Shown: piece after piece, positions 52,592-64,000 of the stretch | Layout of the letters: the number at the start of each line of letters is the position of its first letter | How positions within the stretch are numbered: position 1 is the first letter of the stretch | NCBI GenBank assembly: GCA_965223905.1 | Contig: CBDCXV010000002.1 | Location: 448,001-512,000, forward strand | Reading direction: 5' to 3' | DNA from: Candidatus Latescibacterota bacterium | GTDB lineage: Bacteria; Latescibacterota; UBA2968; UBA8231 | DNA: 64,000 nt | Translations under genes and position numbers: made by a program | Notes under the pieces: generated by a model | The model's input: the letters and a program-made list of their open reading frames with translations, nothing else | Database searches by the model: none | Told to the model about the DNA's origin: nothing

Positions 52592-52942
52592 TCAGGCATA
52601 GCCGCCTGCCATGATCCGGTCCAGGTAGGCACGCACTTGATCGGCCCTGCCTTCGCGCAGCAGCTGATCCGGGGTGGCGCCACCAAAGCCGGGCAGCGGC
52701 TCGGAGCGGAACCAGGCGTAGGCGGCTAGGGGGGATCCAGTTTCCTCTTCAACGCGGTTCAGGATCTCCAGCATCTGGCGCAGACGGATCTGCGTCTTGC
52801 GCGCCCGAACCCGGGATGCGCGCGTGAATGCGTCCTTTCCGAGGCCCAACGTGCCGGCGATCTCCGACTTGGTGGTGCGCAGGGCGTCGGCGACGAGCGT
52901 CGGTGAAAACACCTGATCCTCGACGAATTCATGGAATCGCAT
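52592..52942 (-). CDS. Xre/MbcA/ParS antitoxin
   Basis: AWFRSEPLPGFGGATPDQLL; upstream of RES. Confidence 0.9.
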   Translation of the reverse strand: MRFHEFVEDQVFSPTLVADALRTTKSEIAGTLGLGKDAFTRASRVRARKTQIRLRQMLEILNRVEEETGSPLAAYAWFRSEPLPGFGGATPDQLLREGRADQVRAYLDRIMAGGYA

Positions 52943-53107
52943 AACTACACCTCACAGTTTATGACATAATATAGCGAGATAAAATGTGTCAATCCAGGGT
53001 CATTGGGAGGTGCTGACGACGCCGTAATGGGAGTCAAGCCACAACATGCCCTTGACAACATATGTTGCCGAAGACACCGTCCATGAGCGCCTTCGATCCG
53101 GCCCGCA

Positions 53108-53166
53108 AGGCCGACGAGCCATTTGACCGGAACCTGGCCCGGCTCGCAAACACAGGAGGTTCCTGA
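53108..53166 (+). pseudogene. RelE/HigB-like toxin 3' stub
   Basis: ADEPFDRNLARLANTGGS-stop overlapping antitoxin ATG (TGATG). Confidence 0.5.
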
Positions 53167-53519
53167 TGCCTTTGAACGTGGAAGAAAAGATCGCGAGGCT
53201 CGATCCTGCCCGGCGCCGCAAGGTCGAGGATCGGGCGGCAGAGCTCATTGCCGAGGAGATGAGCCTGCGCCAGCTTCGCAAGGCCCGGCAGCTCACCCAG
53301 GCGCACGTCGCGCACCAACTGGGGATCTCGCAGGACGGGGTCTCCCGGCTCGAGCAACGAAGTGATCTATTGCTTTCGACGTTGCGCAAGACGGTGGAAG
53401 CCATGGGCGGCAGCCTGTCGCTCATCGCCAGATTCCCGGATCGTCCGCCGGTCGAGCTGTCCGGCATCGCCGACGGAAGCCCTCCAGCGGCGACCTCCGC
53501 GGCCAAGCCCAATGCCTGA
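53166..53519 (+). CDS. XRE-family antitoxin (orphan)
   Basis: LRQLRKARQLTQ...SQDGVSRLEQRSDLLLSTLR. Confidence 0.88.
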   Translation: MPLNVEEKIARLDPARRRKVEDRAAELIAEEMSLRQLRKARQLTQAHVAHQLGISQDGVSRLEQRSDLLLSTLRKTVEAMGGSLSLIARFPDRPPVELSGIADGSPPAATSAAKPNA

Positions 53520-53581
53520 CGACCGCCGCCCGAATTCTCAGCGGCAGATCCCTTCGTCAGCGTGACGGTCGGAGCAAGAGC

Positions 53582-54601
53582 GTGAAGACGGTTGCATTCT
53601 TCAACAACAAGGGAGGAGTGGGCCAGACCTCTCTCGTCTACCATCTGGCGTGGATGTTCGCCGAGCGGGGCCGCAGGGTCATTGCGGCAGACCTGGACCC
53701 TCAGGCCAATCTGAGCGGAATGTTCCTGACCGAAGAAACGTTGGAGGAGATGTCGAACGATCCGGCCAGGAAGACGATCAACGACGACATCGCGCCGCTC
53801 TTCGACGGGACCGGAGACATCGCCTCCGCTCCCCACGTCGAAGAGATCGGCGAAAGGATCGGGCTGCTCACCGGCGATCTCGGCCTGTCCGGACAGGAGG
53901 ATGACCTTTCGAGTCAATGGCCCCTCTGCCTGGACCGAAATCCACGAGCCTTCCGCGTAACCACGGCGTTCGCCCGACTCATTTGCCGCGCCGGAACAGG
54001 GTTCGACGCCGACCTCGCTCTTGTGGACGTGGCACCCAATCTGGGCGCCCTGAACCGGGCCTCTCTGGTGGCGTGCGACCACGTGATCGTTCCACTTGCG
54101 CCCGATCTGTTCTCCCTGCAGGGACTGCGCAACGTCGGGCCGACCCTGAGGATATGGCGGGAAGCCTGGTCCGAGCGGCGTGCAAAGAAGCCGGAAGACC
54201 TGGAGTTGGATCTGCCGCCAGGATCGATGCAGCCGGCCGGCTACGTCATCGTGCGGCACTCGATCAGGAACTACCGGCCGGCCAAGACCTTCGCGCGGAT
54301 TGAAGAGATCCCCGGGGAGTATCGGCAATCCGTCGTGCAGGCGGGTGACTGCAGCGCTGACTCCGCCTCCGTCGACCCCCACCTCCTCGCCCACCTGAAA
54401 GACTACCGCGCCCTGATGCCGCTGGCTCAGGAGGCGAGCAAACCCATGTTCATGCTGGTATCCGCCGACGGAGCCATCGGCGGATACCAGACGGCGGTCC
54501 AGGATTGCTACCGCGAGTTCAGGGACCTGGCACTGAAGATCGAAGACCGCATCGGTGTGGCCGATGACAGCGGAGACCCACGCGGTCCTTCGGCAGGATG
54601 A
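53582..54601 (+). CDS. ParA/AAA_31 family ATPase with variant Walker A
   Basis: FFNNKGGVGQTS, DLDPQANL, DVAPNLG, PDLFSLQGL. Confidence 0.88.
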   Translation: MKTVAFFNNKGGVGQTSLVYHLAWMFAERGRRVIAADLDPQANLSGMFLTEETLEEMSNDPARKTINDDIAPLFDGTGDIASAPHVEEIGERIGLLTGDLGLSGQEDDLSSQWPLCLDRNPRAFRVTTAFARLICRAGTGFDADLALVDVAPNLGALNRASLVACDHVIVPLAPDLFSLQGLRNVGPTLRIWREAWSERRAKKPEDLELDLPPGSMQPAGYVIVRHSIRNYRPAKTFARIEEIPGEYRQSVVQAGDCSADSASVDPHLLAHLKDYRALMPLAQEASKPMFMLVSADGAIGGYQTAVQDCYREFRDLALKIEDRIGVADDSGDPRGPSAG

Positions 54602-54626
54602 GCCGCCCAACCGGGAGCTCTTGGGC

Positions 54627-54677
54627 CGCCAGATTCCCAGATCGTCCGCCAGTCGAACTGTCCGGCATCGCCGACGG
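54627..54677 (+). repeat. 51-bp direct repeat of XRE gene 3' end (53426-53476)
   Basis: 48/51 identity by manual alignment. Confidence 0.9.
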
Positions 54678-54723
54678 CGACCCCCGCGACTGCCGCCGCC
54701 GTCGGTCCACTGAAGAGGTGACC

Positions 54724-54981
54724 ATGACCGCAACTAACAGAATGTCGCCGGTGCATCCCGGGGAGATCCTGCGGGACGAGATGGACGAGCGCGACCTTTC
54801 CGCCAACGCACTGGCCCAGGCGCTCGACATCCCCGCAAACCGGATCACCGCCATCCTCAACGGGCAGCGGGGTGTCACGCATGACACCGCACGCCGACTG
54901 TCCCGGTACTTCGGGACCACGCCAGAACTCTGGCTCAATCTGCAGAAGACCTGGGAGCTCCGCCGCGCCGAGATCGGGTGA
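54724..54981 (+). CDS. higA: HigA-family antitoxin (orphan)
   Basis: PVHPGEIL, RLSRYFGTTPELWLNLQ. Confidence 0.88.
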   Translation: MTATNRMSPVHPGEILRDEMDERDLSANALAQALDIPANRITAILNGQRGVTHDTARRLSRYFGTTPELWLNLQKTWELRRAEIG

Positions 54982-55009
54982 GGTACCTGCCCTGACGGGA
55001 CATCTTCCA

Positions 55010-56908
<1,899 letters not shown>

Positions 56909-56990
56909 GGCGTGCTGTCCGGAAGTCCGGCCCGGTGGCGGGGCACCCATCGCGTCCTACGGGATGTCCAATGTTGATCTTCGAAATAAG

Positions 56991-57015
56991 AATACATACT
57001 GTTTCAGTACGTATT
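56991..57015. promoter_or_regulatory. Inverted repeat upstream of AbrB-PIN operon (operator candidate)
   Basis: AATACATACTG-TTT-CAGTACGTATT (10/11), followed by AGGAGG. Confidence 0.6.
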
Positions 57016-57029
57016 GAAAGGAGGGTGAC

Positions 57030-57251
57030 ATGGAAGCTACACTCTCTCAGAGAGGGCAGGTGACCATTCCGAAGCCCTGCCGCGACAAGCTCGGGCTCAA
57101 GAAGGGCACGGTCCTGAATTTCGAGGCCAGGGACGGGATCCTCGTGGTGCGCAAGGTTCAACCTGAGGACGTGTTCCGCAAGTGGAGGGGTCGCGGCCGG
57201 CTTCCGGCCGGGCTTGGAGTCGACGAATACCTCGACGAAGTACGGGGATGA
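57030..57251 (+). CDS. AbrB/MazE/SpoVT-family antitoxin
   Basis: RGQVTIPK..RDKLGL..G. Confidence 0.9.
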   Translation: MEATLSQRGQVTIPKPCRDKLGLKKGTVLNFEARDGILVVRKVQPEDVFRKWRGRGRLPAGLGVDEYLDEVRG

Positions 57252-57661
57252 TTTCGGCCGTCGACTCATCCGTCATTCTGGACGTCGTCACTGCCGACCC
57301 CCGTCACGCCGATGAGTCCGAAGGGGTCCTGCTCCGCGCGTCACGGGAAGGGCAGGTCATCGCCTGTGAATGCGTCCTCGCCGAGATCCATCCGGCATTC
57401 GACGGTCCGGACTCCTTCGAGGAGTTCCTCACCGACTGGCAGGTGGAGTTCGTGCCATCCTCACGGCAGAGCGCGATCCTGGCCGGCCGCCACTTCGCCG
57501 CATATCTGCAACGGGGAGGCGCACGCCGTCGAATCGTGGCCGACTTCCTGATCGGCGCCCACGCGCAGACGCTGGCCGACCGCCTCGTGGCGCGCGACCG
57601 GGGATACCTGCGGGACTATTTCTCCGGGCTCAAGTTGCTCGATCCCTCCTCACCGGGTTGA
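57248..57661 (+). CDS. vapC: PIN-domain (VapC) toxin
   Basis: VDSSVILD, VLAE, ADFLIGAHA, RDRG; ATGA overlap. Confidence 0.88.
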   Translation: MISAVDSSVILDVVTADPRHADESEGVLLRASREGQVIACECVLAEIHPAFDGPDSFEEFLTDWQVEFVPSSRQSAILAGRHFAAYLQRGGARRRIVADFLIGAHAQTLADRLVARDRGYLRDYFSGLKLLDPSSPG

Positions 57662-57675
57662 CCCCATCGCCGGTC

Positions 57676-58502
<827 letters not shown>

Positions 58503-58513
<11 letters not shown>

Positions 58514-59789
58514 AGGCTCAACAGGAACTTCGGAAATGCCGCCCGGATGGCGGATCAGCCCTGTAGGGGAGGTCGTTGGGGTTCATAAGGAACAGGTTAC
58601 GCCTGAATTCCATCCAACCAGGCAATTCCATCACTTCTCGATTCCTGCCTACGACGAAAACAATGGACCTGTGATGGAGTCAGGTCGAGATATCGGCAGC
58701 AATAAGACCACGGTCCCACCCAATTCAGTACTCGTCTCAAAACTCAACCCACGAATACCAAGGGTGTGGATGCCGGAAATTGAAGAACGGCACCATGCCA
58801 TTGCCTCAACGGAATTCCTGGTCCTTCGACCAACGCATATTGATCGTGGCTTCTTGAAGCACCTGTTCCTCTCTCCACTCATGTCCTCGGAACTAGTGGC
58901 GCGAGCAACCGGGACAACTCGTAGCCATCAGAGGGTTCGTGCTCCTGATGTCCTTGCCATCCCAGTAGGTCTTCCTCCCCTTCCCGAGCAGCGAAAAATT
59001 GCCGCAATCCTCTCCTCAGTGGACGACGCCATCGAGAAGACCCAGGCGGTCATCGACCAGGTGCAGGTCGCCAAGCGCGGCCTGATGCAGGAGCTGCTCA
59101 CGCGGGGCCTGCCGGGCGGGCACACGCGGTTCAAGCAAACGGAGATCGGTGCAATACCCGTATGCTGGCAACTTGCATTGCTTGCCGAAGTGCTTGACGG
59201 AATAGATGCAGGATGGAGCCCTAAGTGTGAAGGGCGACCAGCAGCACTTAGCGAGTGGGGGGTGCTAAAGGTTAGCAGTATTTCGAGTGGACACTTCAAG
59301 CCTCACGAGAACAAGGTTCTCGCTGAGGGGTTGGAAACACGTGTTCAGCTTGAAGTAATGGAGGGCGATGTCTTGGTTGCTCGCGCCAGTGGTGTGCTGG
59401 GCCTTGTTGGACGTTCTGCGTTTGTGCACGGAACCAGACCGAGACTAATGCTGTCCGATAAGACACTGCGCCTGAAAGCCAAGGAATCTGTATTGCGGCC
59501 AATGTTTCTCAGTCTTCTCTTGGAAGATCCGCGAGTTCGGCGACAAATCCTTATGCGGACGACCGGCAGTCACATGAGAAATATTTCGCAACAGGCGCTC
59601 CGACGAGTGCTGGTTCCGGTTCCGTCATTAGATGAGCAAGAACGCATTGAAGTACTGGAAGTTTACGCCGGGACCCGATTGGAAGAGGAGAGGAAATCCC
59701 AAGATCAGTTGGAAGCAGTCAAAAGGACACTCATGTCCGTCCTCCTCACCGGCGAGCTCCGGCTCACCCCTGACACCGAAGTCGCATGA
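58503..59789 (+). CDS. hsdS: Type I R-M specificity subunit
   Basis: Two TRDs, PPLPEQRKIAAIL, KRGLMQELLT, VPSLDEQERI, LMSVLLTGELR. Confidence 0.93.
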
Positions 59790-59828
59790 CCCCCAAGGCA
59801 ACCGGCTGGGCCGAGCTGCACCTCGCGG
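59786..59828 (+). repeat. hsdR 5' stub, copy 1 (43 bp)
   Basis: 38/43 to 63759-63801; ATGA overlap with hsdS stop. Confidence 0.9.
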
Positions 59829-59933
59829 GGTGCGGCTCGATCAGGCAGGCGCCGTGGAGACGGGTAGTGTATAGCGCAAAATGAGGCAGGGTGGGACAGA
59901 AACCCCAATGGCTGAGACAGGGGAGAGACAGAA

Positions 59934-60821
59934 ATAGCGTTTTCGACAGCGACAAAAGAGGCCGTGCGTAAGAGTTCATGGTTCGCATGTTGCCTGTGCA
60001 GAAAAATCAGCATGGGACTCGAAGTGCATCACATCGTGCCCAAAGCAGAGGGCGGGTCTGACTCAGAGGACAATGCCGCACCGTTGTGTCCGACTTGCCA
60101 CAGGATTTTCGGAGGTAACCCTGAACTGCGCTCTCGAATACGCGGTATGCGGAATTGGTGGTACAAGGCCTGCGAGTGTTTGTTCGCAGAGCGCGAACCT
60201 GGGCAGGTGTTCCGTTCGATTCACGAACTCTTCTCTACAGATGAGCTGGAACGATTGACGATCCACAACCCAACCTATGTACTCGGTACGGCCGGTGAAG
60301 GACTCGGGTCAACAAGGTTCTCTTTTCATGGGGAGGAGTATGTTCATCCGTTGATCGTCAAGGAACTACTCGGGTGGATTTCGGACAGCAACGAGACAGT
60401 TGTTGGGGTTGATTTGAAATCGGCCCACCGAAGCAACAGGTTTTCCGGAGACTTTTCGGTGCAGGACGATGAAGCGAGTACAATGGTTGAATGGCGGGAC
60501 GAGAGAGAGTCGTTCAAGTACAGGCATGTGGCAACCACGCCGTCTGGCATAGAGATAGTAGAGTGCTACGATTGGGGAGGAGGCAGTGGGGTATTCGGGA
60601 CGGTCGCCTTGTTCTGCCTTGAACTAGATCGAGCAGCAGAAGCTGTTGGTGGATCACTCTCCTCCCGTGATCGTCATGTACTTAAAATCCTTGGCCAGTT
60701 CGGGCTTGGTGATCGGTATAGCGGCGACATTCAGTATGGGAACGGCGTGCTTGAGGTTGGGCCGGATCGGGGATGGTTCAGAAGGGGAAGGGAAGCGGCA
60801 TGGCGACTACCCGTCCTGTAA
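59934..60821 (+). CDS. HNH endonuclease with unknown C-terminal domain
   Basis: CCLC, EVHHIVP, GGSDSEDNAAPLCPTCH; likely ancestral start is ATA at 59934, first usable GTG at 59964. Confidence 0.85.
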   Translation: MAFSTATKEAVRKSSWFACCLCRKISMGLEVHHIVPKAEGGSDSEDNAAPLCPTCHRIFGGNPELRSRIRGMRNWWYKACECLFAEREPGQVFRSIHELFSTDELERLTIHNPTYVLGTAGEGLGSTRFSFHGEEYVHPLIVKELLGWISDSNETVVGVDLKSAHRSNRFSGDFSVQDDEASTMVEWRDERESFKYRHVATTPSGIEIVECYDWGGGSGVFGTVALFCLELDRAAEAVGGSLSSRDRHVLKILGQFGLGDRYSGDIQYGNGVLEVGPDRGWFRRGREAAWRLPVL

Positions 60822-60938
60822 TTTGAGTCAGATGGCAGTGAGGGGTTGTTGTTCTGGTGGCTGCTTTCCTTATCCGAGACGCGGCGTACGAAATTGCTAC
60901 CCGCCATCCGGTACCAGGCAGAACTCAGCCGATATCAA

Positions 60939-60993
60939 GCGATCGATGAGTCGGCTGGCGACCCTCGACCGTTGATGAAGACGTTTCGGAATG
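60939..60993 (+). pseudogene. Addiction-module antidote internal remnant
   Basis: AIDESAGDPRPLMKTFRN matches AIEESDGDPRLLMKAFRN at 63258. Confidence 0.75.
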
Positions 60994-61002
60994 GGGGCCT
61001 TC

Positions 61003-61204
61003 GGGACCTTCGAGCCGAGCCAGACTCAGCCGCAACTGGAACGGCTTGAGCAACCGGTTCAACGTGGCCTGCGTCGGGTTGTGCCGCGGGTGAATCGCAC
61101 GCAGGACCTTCGGACCCGCCATCCCCGCTCGCTCGCCGAACTCCTTGACGCCTCATTGCCCGAATCACCTTTCCAAGGGCGGTCTGGACCGGCAGTTCCT
61201 CATC
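61003..61204 (-). pseudogene. Frameshifted 3' copy of the antitoxin at 61716-62009
   Basis: About 200-bp direct repeat of 61719-61919 with an indel. Confidence 0.85.
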
Positions 61205-61454
61205 AGCACGGACCAACCGACCAGGGATCGATGACCTTGATTCGCGTGTCCTCGAAATCCCGCACGTTGCGCGTCACCAGGGCAGCGTCCCGGGAGCGGC
61301 ATATGGCCGCGATCTGGCAGTCGGCCTCGCCGATCGGCCCGCCCGCGCGGCGGCGGTCGGCCGCGATCTCCGCGTAGGCTCGGTCGGCGGCGCTGTCGAA
61401 CGGCAGAATCCGTTCTCTGAAGCCTTGTTCGAGCCACCGGTTCATGGCAAACAT
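61203..61454 (-). pseudogene. VapC/FitB PIN toxin lacking N-terminus
   Basis: ILPFD, DCQIAAIC, LVTRNVRDF, VIDPW; catalytic N-terminal DTN motif absent. Confidence 0.85.
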
Positions 61455-61463
61455 GCCGGCCGC

Positions 61464-61709
61464 TCAGGAGAAATCCGGAGGCTTGCGCATCGGGCCGCGC
61501 GGGGGGAGTTCGAGCTCCACGCCGCCAAGGGACGCGAAGCACTCGCGGGTGAACTTCGCCAGGTCGGGGGGACCGGTCCGCCCATCATTGACAGCGTCAC
61601 GCAGGATGATGCGCACCTCTTCCTCCATCGAACGGTGATTCTCGGCGGCGCGCACGCGCAGTCGCGTCCTCACGTCGTCGTCGAGATTGCGGATCGTGAT
61701 GGTCGCCAT
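61464..61709 (-). CDS. FitA-like ribbon-helix-helix antitoxin
   Basis: MATITIRNLDD...LRVRAAENHRSMEEEVRIIL. Confidence 0.9.
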   Translation of the reverse strand: MATITIRNLDDDVRTRLRVRAAENHRSMEEEVRIILRDAVNDGRTGPPDLAKFTRECFASLGGVELELPPRGPMRKPPDFS

Positions 61710-61715
61710 TGGCCG

Positions 61716-62009
61716 TTAGGGACCTTCGAGCCGAGCCAGACTCAGCCGTAGCTGAAACCGCTTGAGCAACCGGTTCAACGTGGCCTGTGTCGGGTTGTGC
61801 CGCGGGTGAATCGCACGCAAGACGTTCGGACCCGCCATCCCCGCGCGCTCGCCGAACTCCTTGACGCCCATGGCCCGAATCACCTTTCCAAGGGCGGTCT
61901 GGACCGGCAGTCCCTCATCCATGGCTGCAAGAAGGAATTCGCGTGCGAACTCCGGGTCGCGCAGGTCCTGCGCCAGTCCTTCGTTCCAATCTCGACTGCG
62001 TCGTGCCAT
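61716..62009 (-). CDS. HTH antitoxin, addiction-module antidote-like (orphan)
   Basis: LRDPEFAREFL, NPTQATLNRLL; RBS GAGGA. Confidence 0.8.
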   Translation of the reverse strand: MARRSRDWNEGLAQDLRDPEFAREFLLAAMDEGLPVQTALGKVIRAMGVKEFGERAGMAGPNVLRAIHPRHNPTQATLNRLLKRFQLRLSLARLEGP

Positions 62010-62061
62010 GTCACGTCCTCTCCGGATAGTCTCGCCAATAGTCCTGAGCGCGGCGGATCCG

Positions 62062-62154
62062 GCAACCGGAACCCCCGGATTGGGGACGGTAACGAAGATC
62101 GCTTCGGCCTGCGGGGTGACGCTGCGGTTCGTACAGCGGGGATCCATGAGCTGA
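62062..62154 (+). pseudogene. Addiction-module antidote 3' remnant
   Basis: LGTVTKIASACGVTLRFVQRGS matches end of 63186-63485. Confidence 0.8.
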
Positions 62155-62188
62155 AAGCCGTCTCAGTTACTCCTGAACTCGAACCCCC

Positions 62189-62231
62189 ATGACCTGCAAG
62201 ACCACCGGCTGGGACGAGCTGCACCTCGCGG
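62189..62231 (+). repeat. hsdR 5' stub, copy 2 (43 bp), preceded by hsdS-like tip
   Basis: 37/43 to 63759-63801; preceded by VTPELEPP-stop resembling hsdS end LTPDTEVA-stop. Confidence 0.9.
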
Positions 62232-62271
62232 ACGGGCAAGCGACGGGACAGACTTGAGCCAATAATTGGCT

Positions 62272-62439
62272 TTATTTGGTTACGGTTCGGTAAGTTTTGC
62301 TTTTTGCGTCCCACTCATAATGACCAATGGTTGGAACGAGCCTTTCATTCTTTCCCCTGGAGACTTCTCTCGATCTTCGCTCTACTGGCGCGCCTTCCTG
62401 CTGCACAGTCCTTTTGGATGGTTCTCGTTTTCTTGCCAT
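62272..62439 (-). CDS. Small basic protein (55 aa)
   Basis: AAGGAGG RBS 7 bp before ATG; MARKREPSKRTVQQEGAPVERRSREV... Confidence 0.5.
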   Translation of the reverse strand: MARKREPSKRTVQQEGAPVERRSREVSRGKNERLVPTIGHYEWDAKSKTYRTVTK

Positions 62440-63070
62440 AATTCTTCCTCCTTAACGTACCATTCCGATCAGTCGCTTTTCACAAAAGGTTCAATATTTT
62501 GGCCGAGCATATGCCTACAGAAAGGCCTGGCAGATTTTGCCCAAAAACAACATTGGGCCAATAAGCGGTTATCTGTTTTATAAAGTTGCTCCAGTTCATT
62601 GATTTGGGTGGACCTGATTACTCTTCAAGGTGTAGAGGCCGCCCTGCGGGCGATACCGGCACGTTTGGCGGTCGTTAGCCTTGCAGGACGGGCTTTAGCC
62701 AACCATGTCGCCGAGCTATTCGGGCGAGATCTGACAGTTTGCGGAGACTCTTCGATTTTCGCCCGTGACGACCTTTGCGGCGTGTATGGAGCAGCCGATG
62801 ACGTCGGCTGGCCGTTTCTGGCCTTGGGGCTCTGCAGGGATGGCCGCCCCCCCACCGGGTTTGACGGGGGGCCTAAAATAAAGAGTTCCCAAAGGCAGAT
62901 CACCGATTTTTATCGCGGTTCCCCTCTCATTGTCAAGGCTTTTGCGTTGCCATGTCAAGGGCGTATGAGCAAATTTTTCGCAAAATCCGTGCCATAGCCA
63001 GTCGGATTGGATTTCAAATGGAGATAACTACCGGTGATCGCAAGATCCGACGCGAATGCTACTTGACGTA

Positions 63071-63090
63071 GTGTAGCCAAACGGCTACAC
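63071..63090. promoter_or_regulatory. Perfect inverted repeat (TA operator candidate) next to TTGACG
   Basis: GTGTAGCC-AAAC-GGCTACAC. Confidence 0.7.
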
Positions 63091-63092
63091 AA

Positions 63093-63183
63093 TTGTATGG
63101 GATCGGGATCGTCCACTAAGTTGCCGCTGACGGTACGATCCCGTTCGATGCATGGTTCCGAAGACGTACAGACAGGAGAAAAG
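63093..63183 (+). pseudogene. Addiction-module killer (RelE/HigB-like) 5' stub
   Basis: IVH-stop-VAADGTIPFDAWFRRRTDRR, then deletion to antidote start. Confidence 0.6.
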
Positions 63184-63185
63184 GC

Positions 63186-63485
63186 ATGTCCGTCAGAGCT
63201 CATGATGCCAGCGAATACCTCCGGACCCCGGAGGATGTCGCGGCGTACCTCAACGCCGCGATCGAGGAATCGGATGGCGACCCGCGCCTCTTGATGAAGG
63301 CGTTTCGGAACGTCGCCGCGGCCCAGGGTGGTGTTTCCGCCATGGCGCGGAGAGCCGAGGTAGACCGCGTGGCTCTCTCCCGCGGCTTGTCGGGAAACCG
63401 GGACCCCCGATTGGGGACGGTGACGAAGATCGCCGCGGCCTGCGGCGTGACCCTGCGGTTCGAGCAGCGTGGATCCACGGGTTGA
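63186..63485 (+). CDS. Addiction-module antidote protein (HI1420-like HTH)
   Basis: DASEYLRTPEDVAAYLNAA, GNRDPRLGTVTKI. Confidence 0.9.
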   Translation: MSVRAHDASEYLRTPEDVAAYLNAAIEESDGDPRLLMKAFRNVAAAQGGVSAMARRAEVDRVALSRGLSGNRDPRLGTVTKIAAACGVTLRFEQRGSTG

Positions 63486-63508
63486 ACCTTATATGAGGAG
63501 ACCAAGAC

Positions 63509-63736
63509 ATGGCGATATCAATTAAACTTCCTGCTGACGCAGAGCAACGGCTTGAATTTCTGGCGCAGCAAACCGGGCGCACCAAGGATGTCTGCCTGCG
63601 CGAGACTATCGCACGGGGTCTTGATGACATGGAGGACTACTATCTCGGTGCCGAAGTCCTGAAGCGCGTCCGAGACGGTGGGGAGCAGGTATATTCCGCT
63701 GCCGAGGTGAAGAAGTCGCTTTGTCTGGACGATTGA
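63509..63736 (+). CDS. CopG/RelB-like RHH antitoxin (orphan)
   Basis: SIKLP..EQRLEFLAQQTGRTK...LDDMEDYY; RBS GAGGAG; no RelE follows. Confidence 0.82.
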   Translation: MAISIKLPADAEQRLEFLAQQTGRTKDVCLRETIARGLDDMEDYYLGAEVLKRVRDGGEQVYSAAEVKKSLCLDD

Positions 63737-63758
63737 GTACACCTAGACTGCCACCCCC

Positions 63759-64000
63759 ATGACCCCCAAAGCCACCGGCTGGAACGAGCTCCACCTCGCG
63801 GAAGACCCCGCCGTCGACCTGCTGCAATCCCTCGGCTACACCTACGTCCCCCCCGAAGACCTCGACCGCGAACGCGCCAGCTTCAAGGAGCCCATCCTGA
63901 CCGGCCGCCTCGCCATGGCCCTCAAACGCCTGAACCCCTGGCTTTCCGGGCCCAACCTCACCAACGCCGTAAGGGCGGTCACGCAGGTCCCAGCGGCCAG
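63759..64000 (+). CDS. hsdR: Type I R-M restriction subunit, 5' part (runs off window)
   Basis: MTPKATGWNELHLAEDPAVDLLQSLGYTY...LKRLNPWL typical HsdR N-terminus. Confidence 0.85.
   Translation, partial: MTPKATGWNELHLAEDPAVDLLQSLGYTYVPPEDLDRERASFKEPILTGRLAMALKRLNPWLSGPNLTNAVRAVTQVPAA

Overview
A GC-rich (roughly 60-70% by eye) bacterial accessory region that looks like a mosaic of intact genes, gene fragments and mobile-element scars. 0-36 kb: two FtsX/MacB-type ABC permeases with a sigma-54-type two-component system, a duplicated secreted protein enclosing two IS91/ISCR remnants with captured fragments (icd 3' end, AAA ATPase), and many catabolic genes (3 PhyH dioxygenases, 2 enolase-superfamily proteins, CocE/NonD hydrolase, FAD oxidoreductases, ankyrin protein, cfa, ECF sigma). 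This gene mix resembles that of sponge-associated or environmental uncultured bacteria (inference only). 36-44 kb: decayed IS1595 and IS481 elements, an IS701-family element with a 6-bp TSD inside a SIR2-like gene, and an AT-rich three-gene operon that may be an undescribed defence module. 44-51 kb: RND efflux operon headed by an in-frame TetR-TolC fusion. 51-64 kb: defence island with a Type I R-M locus (hsdM, duplicated hsdM 3' half, hsdS, hsdR start), two intact TA pairs and about seven antitoxins whose toxins are missing or truncated. The strongest structural signal is three diverged copies of the first 43 bp of hsdR, two of which break off at the same nucleotide, suggesting tandem cassette integration at the hsdR start. 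All family assignments are by motif recognition; no searches were run.
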